A stretch of 64,000 nt of DNA. Origin: Bdellovibrio sp. GTDB lineage: Bacteria; Bdellovibrionota; Bdellovibrionia; Bdellovibrionales; Bdellovibrionaceae. The notes under the pieces were generated by a model. It was not told the origin of the DNA, made no database searches, and was given only the letters and a program-made list of their open reading frames with translations. Below are positions 19,244 through 28,584 of this stretch, piece by piece. The stretch covers positions 64,001 to 128,000 of the forward strand of contig JAKFBS010000001.1 of NCBI GenBank assembly GCA_036677065.1, in the 5' to 3' direction. Positions within the stretch are counted from its first letter, which is position 1. Each line of letters begins with the position of its first letter. Both the position numbers and the translations under genes were made by a program.

Positions 19244-21664
19244 ATGACATTTGACAATCAACCAGTTGAAGTACCGCAAACTCTACCGATGTTACCAGTA
19301 AGAGATATCGTTGTATTCCCATACATGATCATCCCTTTATTCGTTGGCAGAGAATCTTCTATCAGATCAGTTGAAGATGCTTTAGCTAAAAATCGCCTTA
19401 TCTTCTTAGCCTCGCAAAAAGATATCGCTGAAGAAAATCCTACGCCAGACACAATCTACAAAGTTGGTACTGTCGCAAAAATTATGCGCATGAGAAAACT
19501 TTCTGATGGCCGTGTAAAAATCCTGATTCAAGGTGAAGCGAAAGCGCAAATCACTTCTTTCACAAAAACAACTGGCAGCTATGAAGTAGCTATCGAAAAA
19601 ATCGAAGACAAAGGCACGACTTCAACTCCTGCTGAAATCGAAGCTTTAATTCGCACAGCGAAAGAGTCGATCGAAAAAATCATCGCTCTTGGTAAAGCTT
19701 TATCTCCTGATATCTTATTAGTATTAGATGATGTGACTGATCCAGGTCGTATCGCAGATCTTATCGCAAGCAACTTGGGCGTAAAAGTTCAAGAAGCGCA
19801 AAAAGTTCTAGAAACAGTAGACGCAAAAGAACGCCTCTCCCTAGTATGCACAATCTTAGCTGCTGAATTAGAAGTTTTACAAGCGCAGGCAAAATTACGT
19901 GGTAACTCTCGTGATGACCAACACAAAAATCAAAGAGAAAACTTTTTACGCGATCAAATGAAAGCTATAAAGTCTGAACTTGGCGAAGCTGGTCAGCAAG
20001 ATTCAAAAGCTGAAGAGATGGATGAACTACGCGCTAAACTAATGGCGTGCGGAATGCCAGAGCCAGTTCAAACTGAAGCTTTAAAACAATTAACTCGTTT
20101 AGAGCGTATGCACCCGGATGCTTCTGAAGCAACTATGGTTCGTACTTACTTAGACTGGATGGTTGATCTTCCGTGGAGTAAACAAACTGAAGATATCCAT
20201 GATTTAAAACATGCTATGCAGGTTTTAGATGATGATCACTATGAATTACAAAAAGCTAAAGACCGTGTAATGGAATTTTTAGCTGTAAGAAAATTAAAAA
20301 CGACAATGAAGGGTCCAATCCTTTGTTTCTCTGGTCCTCCGGGCGTAGGTAAAACTTCTCTTGGTAGATCAATTGCGAAAGCAATGGGTCGTGAATACTT
20401 CCGTATCGCACTTGGCGGCGTAAAAGACGAAGCTGAGATCCGTGGTCACAGAAGAACATACGTTGGAGCTATGCCAGGTAAAATCGTGCAGGCTTTACGT
20501 CAATGTAAAACTAAAAATCCGGTTATCGTGTTAGATGAGATCGACAAAATGGCTTCAGACTTCAGAGGTGATCCAGCTTCTGCAATGTTAGAGGTGTTAG
20601 ATCCAGAACAAAACACAACTTTCCGTGATAACTATTTAAATGTAGATTTCGATTTATCGAAAGTTCTATTCATCGCGACAGCTAACGTGGTTGAAAATAT
20701 CCCACCAGCTTTACGTGACCGTATGGAAATGATCTACATCCCTGGTTACACAGAGAATGATAAATTATTTATTACTAAAAAACATTTGATCAGCAGACAA
20801 ATGGAAGCCAACGGAGTTACGTCAGATAATATCAAATTTACTGACGAAGGTATCAAATTCTTAATCGCAGGATACACTCGCGAAGCAGGGTTACGTAACC
20901 TTGAAAGAGAAGTTGGTTCTGTTTGCCGCAAGGTTGCTAAAAAAGTTGTGATGAATGAATCAAACTTTGTTGAAGTGAATGAAGTAACAGTACCAGAATT
21001 ACTTGGTCCTCCACGTTTCTTACGTGACGAAAGAATGCTTGAACCATCAGTTGGTGTTGTTCAAGGTCTTGCTTGGACTCAGGCTGGTGGTGAAGTTCTT
21101 TTAATCGAAGCACTTAAAATGAAAGGTAAAGGCAGTTTAATGCTTACCGGACAATTAGGTGATGTGATGAAAGAATCTGCTCATGCAGCGATGTCTTATG
21201 CTCGTGCTCACATGGACGAGTTAGGTATTGATCAAGAGATGTTTGAAAAATTTGATATTCACGTGCATTTACCTGCAGGTGCAATTCCGAAAGATGGTCC
21301 TTCTGCTGGTATCACGTTAACTACAGCCTTGGTCAGCTTGTTAACTGGAACACCAATCAGAAACGACATCGCTATGACTGGCGAAGTGACTTTACAAGGT
21401 CGCGTCTTACCTGTCGGCGGTATCCGTGAGAAGTGCTTAGCGGCACTTAACTTAGGAATCACTAACGTGATCATCCCTATGGCTAACGGAAAAGATCTTG
21501 AAGACATCCCACAAGTTTTCAAAGAGAAGATGAATTTTATCTTAGCAGAAAATTTAGATGAAGTTTTTGCAGTCGCTTTCGAGAAATCAGAGCGCTTCTC
21601 AAAAACAAAAACCGGAGCCAACAAATCTCCGAAAAAAGCCAAAGCTACTACTGCGGCGGCTTAG
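19244..21664 (+). CDS. lon: ATP-dependent protease Lon
   Basis: LON N domain, Walker A GPPGVGKT, VLDEIDK, catalytic PKDGPSAG and GGIREK. Confidence 0.97.
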   Translation: MTFDNQPVEVPQTLPMLPVRDIVVFPYMIIPLFVGRESSIRSVEDALAKNRLIFLASQKDIAEENPTPDTIYKVGTVAKIMRMRKLSDGRVKILIQGEAKAQITSFTKTTGSYEVAIEKIEDKGTTSTPAEIEALIRTAKESIEKIIALGKALSPDILLVLDDVTDPGRIADLIASNLGVKVQEAQKVLETVDAKERLSLVCTILAAELEVLQAQAKLRGNSRDDQHKNQRENFLRDQMKAIKSELGEAGQQDSKAEEMDELRAKLMACGMPEPVQTEALKQLTRLERMHPDASEATMVRTYLDWMVDLPWSKQTEDIHDLKHAMQVLDDDHYELQKAKDRVMEFLAVRKLKTTMKGPILCFSGPPGVGKTSLGRSIAKAMGREYFRIALGGVKDEAEIRGHRRTYVGAMPGKIVQALRQCKTKNPVIVLDEIDKMASDFRGDPASAMLEVLDPEQNTTFRDNYLNVDFDLSKVLFIATANVVENIPPALRDRMEMIYIPGYTENDKLFITKKHLISRQMEANGVTSDNIKFTDEGIKFLIAGYTREAGLRNLEREVGSVCRKVAKKVVMNESNFVEVNEVTVPELLGPPRFLRDERMLEPSVGVVQGLAWTQAGGEVLLIEALKMKGKGSLMLTGQLGDVMKESAHAAMSYARAHMDELGIDQEMFEKFDIHVHLPAGAIPKDGPSAGITLTTALVSLLTGTPIRNDIAMTGEVTLQGRVLPVGGIREKCLAALNLGITNVIIPMANGKDLEDIPQVFKEKMNFILAENLDEVFAVAFEKSERFSKTKTGANKSPKKAKATTAAA

Positions 21665-21692
21665 CAACTGATTACTACAGTTAACATTAATC

Positions 21693-21722
21693 AAACCCAG
21701 GATTAAAAACCCTGGGTTTTTT
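21693..21722 (+). terminator. Intrinsic terminator after lon
   Basis: AAACCCAGG-loop-CCTGGGTTTTTT. Confidence 0.85.
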
Positions 21723-21848
21723 ACATTTTGCGGTTCCAGTGTAAAACCACTTATCATTTCGATTTCAATTAGTAGTTAGTGCGTTTTCAATTACAAAGAT
21801 TAATTTTTAAAATTATGGTTTTTTGCAGGCATCGTTTATAGATGCGCC

Positions 21849-23054
21849 ATGCGCTCAATATCAGCACTCTTAATTTTTTTATCTCTTCCCGCTTTCGCTC
21901 AATCAGACTTTTCTTTTAAACAAAGATATGTTGGCGAATTTCAATTTATTCAAGAAGACAAATTTAAGACAGTAAATAATCTTACACCCTACCAGCGTAA
22001 ATCTTTCGATCTAAAAGCCATCGAAGCTGAGTACGAAATTCAGTTAAATCCTAATAATAAATTTGAATTCGAAGTTGAATATGAACACGGCGGTGTTGGC
22101 TCTGCTGTTGAGTTCGATAATTTCGAAGAATTTGGTGAGTTCGAAACTGAAGTTGAAAAAGGCGGAGAAGTTGTGGTCTCTGAAGCTTTCTTACTTAAAA
22201 AACTTTCACCAAAAACAGAACTATATATAGGTAAGTCTCCGGTAGGGATCACCCTAAACAATGCGATGAACTCTCCCTTAATGTATTCTTCAAATGAAGC
22301 TTCGCAGTTAGAGTCGCGCATTGTTCCGCAAGAGTGGAACGAAATGGGTCTGCAGACTAAGACACGACTTGGCGACTGGAGTATCTACGCCGGTATCGTG
22401 AGCGGTTTAAATTCTGAATTTTTTCGTAAGTACAATTGGGTTGGTGGCGGATACCAAAAACAATTCGAAAACATCAACGCCGATCAATTGGCCTACACCG
22501 CAGGTCTTGAATGGGGTGATGTGATTTGGGGCCGTGGCATCAGTGTGCATTACTATGAGGGTGATACGCAAAAAAACCGCTACAAACTGGATAAACTGAC
22601 TGTTCCTGCAACCGTACGTATTTACACAGCGATGGCACAGTGGAAGTTCTTTGATCGCGTCGGAATCATTACTGAGCATATCAGAGGTACGCTGCAAAAC
22701 TCTGAATCTGTTGCCTTGGCCAATGCCACATTAAGTGGTGTGGCTAAACCAAAAAGTTTTGCCGCCCTTGGATCACAGGCAGCACTGCAAATGTATCAAT
22801 TAAATTTAGATGTAACAGATACTTTAAATATTTTCAGTCAGTACGAACACGTAAATACTTTTATGCAAGTTGAAGGAACAATCGCAAAAGACCCCCGCTA
22901 TGATGTAATTCAGAATGGTTACGGTTTCGCTTACAAGCTGGATGAAATCACGCACATCAAAGCTCATTATTATAAAGAAAAAACAAAATTAGAAGCGCTT
23001 CCGGAAACTACGCACTTTGTGCTGAGCTTTAATCTGGATACCGCTGAATTTTAA
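21849..23054 (+). CDS. Outer-membrane beta-barrel porin-like protein with acidic loop
   Basis: Signal peptide (AFA), alternating beta-strand pattern, C-terminal Phe, EYEHGG...EEFGEFETEVEKGGE loop; first gene of the iron operon. Confidence 0.7.
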   Translation: MRSISALLIFLSLPAFAQSDFSFKQRYVGEFQFIQEDKFKTVNNLTPYQRKSFDLKAIEAEYEIQLNPNNKFEFEVEYEHGGVGSAVEFDNFEEFGEFETEVEKGGEVVVSEAFLLKKLSPKTELYIGKSPVGITLNNAMNSPLMYSSNEASQLESRIVPQEWNEMGLQTKTRLGDWSIYAGIVSGLNSEFFRKYNWVGGGYQKQFENINADQLAYTAGLEWGDVIWGRGISVHYYEGDTQKNRYKLDKLTVPATVRIYTAMAQWKFFDRVGIITEHIRGTLQNSESVALANATLSGVAKPKSFAALGSQAALQMYQLNLDVTDTLNIFSQYEHVNTFMQVEGTIAKDPRYDVIQNGYGFAYKLDEITHIKAHYYKEKTKLEALPETTHFVLSFNLDTAEF

Positions 23055-23071
23055 ATTAAACAGGAGAAAAA

Positions 23072-24157
23072 ATGAAAATCATGAACCTAGTGCTTAGCAC
23101 CCTATTATTCGGCGCCGTTGCTTCAGCCGGCCCACTTGAAAAACAAGTGATCGAAAACGTTTCTAAAAACGTTATTCTACAAACTTACAAAGATCTTTCT
23201 GATCGTTCAGCAGATTTATTAACTGCTGTTAAACAATTAGAAGCAAACCGCACGCAAGCGAACTTAGTAAATGCGCAAAACGCTTGGGTTGCTGCTCGCG
23301 CGCCATGGGAGGCTTCTGAGTCTTTCTTATACGGCCCGGTTGATTCTTTGGGAATTGATCCCATGATCGACACTTGGCCTTTAAGCCGCATCGATTTAGA
23401 TTCTGTTTTGCATTCTGGCAACACAATCAATGCTGATTTCGTTAGAAACTTAGGCGTAAACTTACAAGGTTTTCACACATTAGAATATTTATTGTTCGGT
23501 GATGGCATTCATACTAACACAAAAGAAGTTTCAAGCTTCACGCAAGCGCAATTTGATTACTTAATCGCTACTGCGGTTTTACAAGCTGAATACACTCATA
23601 AATTACATTACGCTTGGACTACGCAAGCTGATCCAGATGACGCTTCTCAACCAGGCTTTATCGAAGTGATTTCTAAACCAGGCTTCGACAATCCAATTTA
23701 TTCTTCTGAACAAGCTGTTATGTTTGAATTCGTCAATGGTATCTTAGGCATCTTAGACGAAGTGGCTAACGGTAAAATGTCTGACCCATTGGGTGGCGAT
23801 ATCGCGCATGCTAATGTTGAGTTAGTTGAATCTCCGTACTCTTGGAATTCATTATTAGATTTCGAAGACAACATTCGCAGCGTTTACAACGTCTACACAG
23901 GTTCTTACGGCGGCAGCAAAAAAGGCCCTGGTCTTAAAGAAGTTATTGCGCAAACTAATCCTGAATTAGCTAATCGTGTTGAAGCAAGAATTCTACAAGC
24001 TATGGGTAAAATCAAAGCTATTGCTGGCAACAACAACACGCCTTTCAATAAAGCAATTTTAGATGCTCAAGGCCGTGTTTTAACAACTGAAGCCATCAAC
24101 GACTTAAATGGTTTATTCCAATTAGTTGAGAGCGAAGTATTACCCATTTTTCAATAA
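23072..24157 (+). CDS. Imelysin/peptidase M75-family iron-regulated protein (IrpA-like)
   Basis: Signal peptide; AQNAWVAARAPWE, IDTWP, GFHTLEYLLF (HxxE) and VESPYSWNS motifs. Confidence 0.9.
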   Translation: MKIMNLVLSTLLFGAVASAGPLEKQVIENVSKNVILQTYKDLSDRSADLLTAVKQLEANRTQANLVNAQNAWVAARAPWEASESFLYGPVDSLGIDPMIDTWPLSRIDLDSVLHSGNTINADFVRNLGVNLQGFHTLEYLLFGDGIHTNTKEVSSFTQAQFDYLIATAVLQAEYTHKLHYAWTTQADPDDASQPGFIEVISKPGFDNPIYSSEQAVMFEFVNGILGILDEVANGKMSDPLGGDIAHANVELVESPYSWNSLLDFEDNIRSVYNVYTGSYGGSKKGPGLKEVIAQTNPELANRVEARILQAMGKIKAIAGNNNTPFNKAILDAQGRVLTTEAINDLNGLFQLVESEVLPIFQ

Positions 24158-24169
24158 TAGGATTCGCAG

Positions 24170-25654
24170 ATGAAGATTTCTTTGTTCTTAACATTTATTT
24201 TCTTAAGTTTAACTTCTCAAGCTGAAATAATTTTTGATGATGGCTTTGTTACACAAAGAAATCTGGGGGGCGACGGAACTTACGTTGCCAACTTCGGCAC
24301 TACAGTTTCATTTAAACAACCGGTGACAACCATGCCACCGGAATTACAAGAAAAACACATTGTGGGCGATGGCTTATTCGAAAAAAACTTTTCTGATGAT
24401 CCTACCCGTTCAGATTATGGATTAGGGCCGGCCTACAATAATATTAGCTGCGCCAGCTGTCACATCCGCGACGGCCGTGGCTCTTTGCCTGTTATCTCTG
24501 CCAATAATGCTTGGACAAAGCTTGGCCAAAACGAAGCTATTTTTCTTCGTATTAGTGTTGAGTCTTACGTTTCTAAAAATCTGCACGGCGAACCGACGGC
24601 TGTTCCAGGTTACTCAACCCAATTATTTCACCTTGGCAGTTATCATTTACGCCAAAATTCACCAAACACAGGCCAAGCCGAAGTTTGGATGAAGTATGAG
24701 TACTCAACATTTACTTATCCCGACGGGCAAGTTGTTAAAATTAAAAAACCTATTTTTCAAATTAGAAACCCCTATGATTTATCAACGGATGAATCAGGAA
24801 ATCCAACAAGTCGTCTGCTTCAAGATGATGTTCGCACAAGCCCGCGCATGACTCCGCCCATGATCGGTTTAGGTTTATTAGAAGCCATCGAACAAGATGA
24901 TATTATCGCCTTAGCTAATCGTGACTTATCTGCCTGGGGTGTACAAGGGCGACCAAACTGGGTTTACGATATTGAAAAACAAAAAAATAATTTCGTCGAC
25001 GTTTACAGCCTGGGCCGTTTCGGTTTAAAGGCGAACACACCTTCTGTGTTACACCAAGCCTTGGGTGCCTTTCGCGGCGACATGGGCGTAACAAATTCAT
25101 TTTTTCCTGATGAAAGTATCGCTGGAACACCGCTAATCGAAAAAATTCTTCCGTCGTTAAGAAAAGAAGTAAATATCAGTGATGAAGATGCACTAGACAC
25201 TGTTTTCTATTCGCAGACTTTAGCCGTACCTTCTCGTCGCAAAGAATACTTAGAAGCCGACATCGTTGCCGGTGGTAAGAATTTTAAAAATGTCGGCTGT
25301 GCGAATTGCCATCAACCTGAATTTGTAACTGGCAAACATTCAATCGAGGCTTTAAGTTTTCAAAGAATTGCACCTTACACAGATTTATTGTTGCACGACA
25401 TGGGCGAAGGCTTAGCTGATAACCGTCGTGATTTTCAGGCCTCTGGCCGCGACTGGAAAACTCGTGCGCTATGGGGAATCGGGTTAACTAAGACTATAAA
25501 TGCCCGCGGTGGATTTTTGCACGACGGTCGCGCAGCTACTATCGAAGAAGCCATTCTTTGGCATGGCGGCGAAGCGCAAATCAGTCGCGATAAGTTCGCA
25601 AGCCTGCCGGTTAATGAACGTATTCAGGTTATTAAATTTATCAACTCACTTTAG
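24170..25654 (+). CDS. Di-haem c oxidoreductase (DHOR/DUF1111-type)
   Basis: Two CxxCH motifs (CASCH, CANCH), GLGPAYN, GLGLLEAI, GRFGLKA, YTDLLLHDMG, FLHDGRA; signal peptide. Confidence 0.9.
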   Translation: MKISLFLTFIFLSLTSQAEIIFDDGFVTQRNLGGDGTYVANFGTTVSFKQPVTTMPPELQEKHIVGDGLFEKNFSDDPTRSDYGLGPAYNNISCASCHIRDGRGSLPVISANNAWTKLGQNEAIFLRISVESYVSKNLHGEPTAVPGYSTQLFHLGSYHLRQNSPNTGQAEVWMKYEYSTFTYPDGQVVKIKKPIFQIRNPYDLSTDESGNPTSRLLQDDVRTSPRMTPPMIGLGLLEAIEQDDIIALANRDLSAWGVQGRPNWVYDIEKQKNNFVDVYSLGRFGLKANTPSVLHQALGAFRGDMGVTNSFFPDESIAGTPLIEKILPSLRKEVNISDEDALDTVFYSQTLAVPSRRKEYLEADIVAGGKNFKNVGCANCHQPEFVTGKHSIEALSFQRIAPYTDLLLHDMGEGLADNRRDFQASGRDWKTRALWGIGLTKTINARGGFLHDGRAATIEEAILWHGGEAQISRDKFASLPVNERIQVIKFINSL

Positions 25655-25663
25655 AGGTTAGAA

Positions 25664-25972
25664 ATGTTAAGCGTTTTATTATTGTTTTCAAATTTAGCGT
25701 TCGCAGATGATTTAGTGTTTAAGATCGAGCTTAAAAACCGCACCATGGTGCCAAATGAAATCGTTGTCGCGCCAAACACCCCTTTTATCATCGAAGTTGT
25801 TAACACAGACAACACGGCCGAAGAATTCGAAAGTAACAGTTTAAATATTGAAAAAATTATTCCACCAAAACGTTCGGCTAAATTTAAAATTAAGCCTTTA
25901 GCTGCTGGCGAATATGAAATCTTTGGCGAATTTCACATGGATACCTGCCAAGGCAAGGTGATCGTAAAATGA
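25664..25972 (+). CDS. Periplasmic cupredoxin-domain protein (EfeO/FtrB-type)
   Basis: Signal peptide AFA; EEFES..L.IEKII and GEYEIFGEFH motifs. Confidence 0.82.
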   Translation: MLSVLLLFSNLAFADDLVFKIELKNRTMVPNEIVVAPNTPFIIEVVNTDNTAEEFESNSLNIEKIIPPKRSAKFKIKPLAAGEYEIFGEFHMDTCQGKVIVK

Positions 25973-26601
25973 ACTGGACAGCATTTTCAATTGTATTACG
26001 CGAAAGCTTAGAAGCATTATTAATCATCGGTATTTTAACTTCGGTTTTAAAAAAAGATGAAAGCACAACTAAGAAACACTGGATGTTTTTAATTTTCGGG
26101 GTACTTGCTGGAATATTTGTAAGTTTAGCCTTAGGCATGTCGATTATGTTTCTGCCTGATGCACTTCCAGAATCAGCAATGAATTACATCGATGTCGGTT
26201 TTCCGTTAGTGGCCGGCCTTATGATCATTCACGTTATGTGGTGGATGCATAAAAATGCCCGCACTATGAAGTCAGACTTAACTGAAAAAGTAGAAAATGC
26301 GTTAAGCAAACAAAGCTTAATCAGCTTATTGCTAATCAGCTTTTTAGCTGTGGCTCGTGAAGGTTTAGAAACAGTTTTATTTTTAAGTGGTGAGCTCATT
26401 GAGGCGACTTTTGATAAGTTAATAAATCTTGGCGGTCAAATCGCTTTGGCCGTCGCAGCTTCTTATGTCATTTATTTCATTTTGCAAAAATCTTTAGGAA
26501 GTTTGCATTTCAAATGGTTCTTTAGAGTAACGAACGTATTGTTATTTGCAGCCGCAATTCAATTGTTCTACACGGCCTATAATAAATATCAGTATATCTA
26601 A
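25969..26601 (+). CDS. FTR1/EfeU-family iron permease (short form)
   Basis: Two RExxE motifs (LRESLEA, AREGLET); multiple TMs; ATGA overlap with the cupredoxin gene. Confidence 0.88.
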   Translation: MNWTAFSIVLRESLEALLIIGILTSVLKKDESTTKKHWMFLIFGVLAGIFVSLALGMSIMFLPDALPESAMNYIDVGFPLVAGLMIIHVMWWMHKNARTMKSDLTEKVENALSKQSLISLLLISFLAVAREGLETVLFLSGELIEATFDKLINLGGQIALAVAASYVIYFILQKSLGSLHFKWFFRVTNVLLFAAAIQLFYTAYNKYQYI

Positions 26602-26602
26602 A

Positions 26603-27073
26603 TTAGTAGTCTAAATTTTGGTTCGATGAATAAGCCACGTGGTGTGGGTTATTTTTTTGGTTTAAACGTTGATTCTCAGATTCAAGAACGCGAACTAATG
26701 TACGTAAATCAGAAATTTCTTCTTTTAACGACACGATTTGTTCTTCTTTTTCTTGTAACACCTGAGTGTAGGCTTTTTTGAGATCCGTTAATAAACGGTT
26801 GGCTGCAGTAATCACTGACTCGCCTTGTGCGTTCTCTTGTTTGGCAAACTCAGCAGCAGAAGAATCACTTTTTAGGGAGGGGCGATGGGCTTCTGTGCTG
26901 AACGTTTTATCTTCGACATTTGTTGTTGTTGTTGTAGCTGTTGGGTCTGTGTCGAAAATAAAATACTTGCCGTCATCCAAGCGGTACTGAATGTCCTCAG
27001 CTTTAATCCGACGTCTTAACGTGGAAATACTCACTTTATGTTTCATTGAGTATTCAGCTAAAGGTAACCACAT
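26603..27073 (-). CDS. Hypothetical protein with N-terminal HTH and C-terminal coiled coil
   Basis: LAEYSMKHKVSISTLRRRIK HTH-like segment; KEEQIVSLKEEISDLRTLVRVLE heptads; GGAGG RBS. Confidence 0.75.
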   Translation of the reverse strand: MWLPLAEYSMKHKVSISTLRRRIKAEDIQYRLDDGKYFIFDTDPTATTTTTNVEDKTFSTEAHRPSLKSDSSAAEFAKQENAQGESVITAANRLLTDLKKAYTQVLQEKEEQIVSLKEEISDLRTLVRVLESENQRLNQKNNPHHVAYSSNQNLDY

Positions 27074-27100
27074 TCTATGTGCCTCCGGGTTGACTACTCA

Positions 27101-27128
27101 AGCCTAACACAGCCGAAAGGCTTGTCAA
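27101..27128 (-). promoter_or_regulatory. Sigma70 promoter for the HTH/coiled-coil gene
   Basis: Minus strand TTGACA-N16 (ending in extended -10 TG)-TAGGCT. Confidence 0.6.
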
Positions 27129-27277
27129 ATAAGGATTCTAGACTTTTTTCAATCCAGACTTTTGACGTGGATATCCAAAGAATTGCGTCATTTTTTATGC
27201 AAAATGCGTGGATAGTCACGACCAAGGTATGGTTTCGCCGCCTTTACACTAGACCTTGATCGTGCTTAACTAGTCTT

Positions 27278-28474
27278 ATGTCTGTGAATATTCACGATAA
27301 AAAAAAGATTGCCCTGGTTCTTAGCGGCGGCGGAATAAAAGCTGCGGCATTTCATATTGGCGTCTGTCTAGCGCTCAAAGAAAAGGGATTTGCCTTTGAG
27401 GGCGGCACTAAAGAGTCGGTGCAAATTCGAAATACCAAGGGGCCAAAGATTCAAACCTATGTTGGATCAAGCGCTGGGGCTTTTGTGAGTTCGGTTTTAG
27501 CCTCTGGCAGGTCAATCGAGTCGTTAATTACGGCCTTTCAAGTCGGCGCCGGCGATTCACCGTTTTACTCTTTGCCTGAAGATGAAGTTATTAAACCTAT
27601 CGGTTACCGCCATATGTTTAATATTAATAGCGCCCGTTTACTTAGTTTTTTACCCGAAGCTCTTTTTAAAAAATCGATCTTAACCGGTGGTTTAGAGGTC
27701 TTTTTAAAAGAAGGCTTTAAATTAAACGGACTATTTAACACCAACGGTATTGAACGCTATTTACGTAAATATGTTTTAGATGAAAATGAGTTCTCACGCC
27801 TGGGGGTTGAACTTTACATTGTTGCAACTCAGCTGAATCATTCACGCAAAGTCGTTTTTGGTAACTACTTAGAAAACAGAAAAGATTCTGAGGCTTTATA
27901 TATCGGCTCGTCTAAAGTTTCTGAGGCCGTGGCCGCATCGACGGCCCTACCGCCAGTATTTGCTCCCTATCCGATCACCTTACCTGATTATAAAAAAGAG
28001 ATTTACCTGTACGATGGTGAAATTCGTGACACTTTAAGCACTCACGTAGCCGCCGATCACGGAGCTGACCTAATTATTGCCTCGTATTCGATGCAGCCGT
28101 ATCACTACGCCGAAGAAATGGGTTCATTACACAAGTATGGGATTCCCGCGATTGTGAACCAGGCGTTATACCAAGTGCTTGAACAAAAAGTTGCTCGTGG
28201 TATTCAGTATCAGAATCAAAAAAAGAATCTTTACGGCGAACTAAAAAAAATCTGCGTGAGCGAAGGTTTATCGTCTGCGATCACTAAAAAAATATTAGCT
28301 GCCGTTGAAAAAACAACCAGTTTTCAGCCAGAAGTAGACTACGTCTACATCAAACCCCGCCCGCAAGATTACGAAATGTTTTTTGCCGATCATTTCTCAC
28401 TAAACCCAGCAATTTTAGAGAAGATTCTCTGGATTGGTTTTAAATCGGGATTAAGCACTTTACGTCATCTGTAA
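27278..28474 (+). CDS. Patatin-like phospholipase
   Basis: LSGGGIKA oxyanion loop, GSSAG nucleophile, ASTALP, DGE catalytic Asp motif. Confidence 0.88.
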   Translation: MSVNIHDKKKIALVLSGGGIKAAAFHIGVCLALKEKGFAFEGGTKESVQIRNTKGPKIQTYVGSSAGAFVSSVLASGRSIESLITAFQVGAGDSPFYSLPEDEVIKPIGYRHMFNINSARLLSFLPEALFKKSILTGGLEVFLKEGFKLNGLFNTNGIERYLRKYVLDENEFSRLGVELYIVATQLNHSRKVVFGNYLENRKDSEALYIGSSKVSEAVAASTALPPVFAPYPITLPDYKKEIYLYDGEIRDTLSTHVAADHGADLIIASYSMQPYHYAEEMGSLHKYGIPAIVNQALYQVLEQKVARGIQYQNQKKNLYGELKKICVSEGLSSAITKKILAAVEKTTSFQPEVDYVYIKPRPQDYEMFFADHFSLNPAILEKILWIGFKSGLSTLRHL

Positions 28475-28584
28475 ATAGTCTGATCGGTCAAAGCTTCTAA
28501 AACTTAGCTCTGTTTGGAGCCAATATCGCAATATAAACCTCTTAAGAAATTGTCGCGTGTCTGCGACACGACTTGGGAGTTTAT

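Noticed and set aside
19077..19322. 81-aa minus-strand ORF between dksA and lon
   Set aside because: Overlaps the lon start and promoter antisense; no recognisable features.
28551..28572. Short overlapping inverted repeats upstream of the Fic gene
   Set aside because: Only 6-bp arms; not distinguishable from chance without comparative data.
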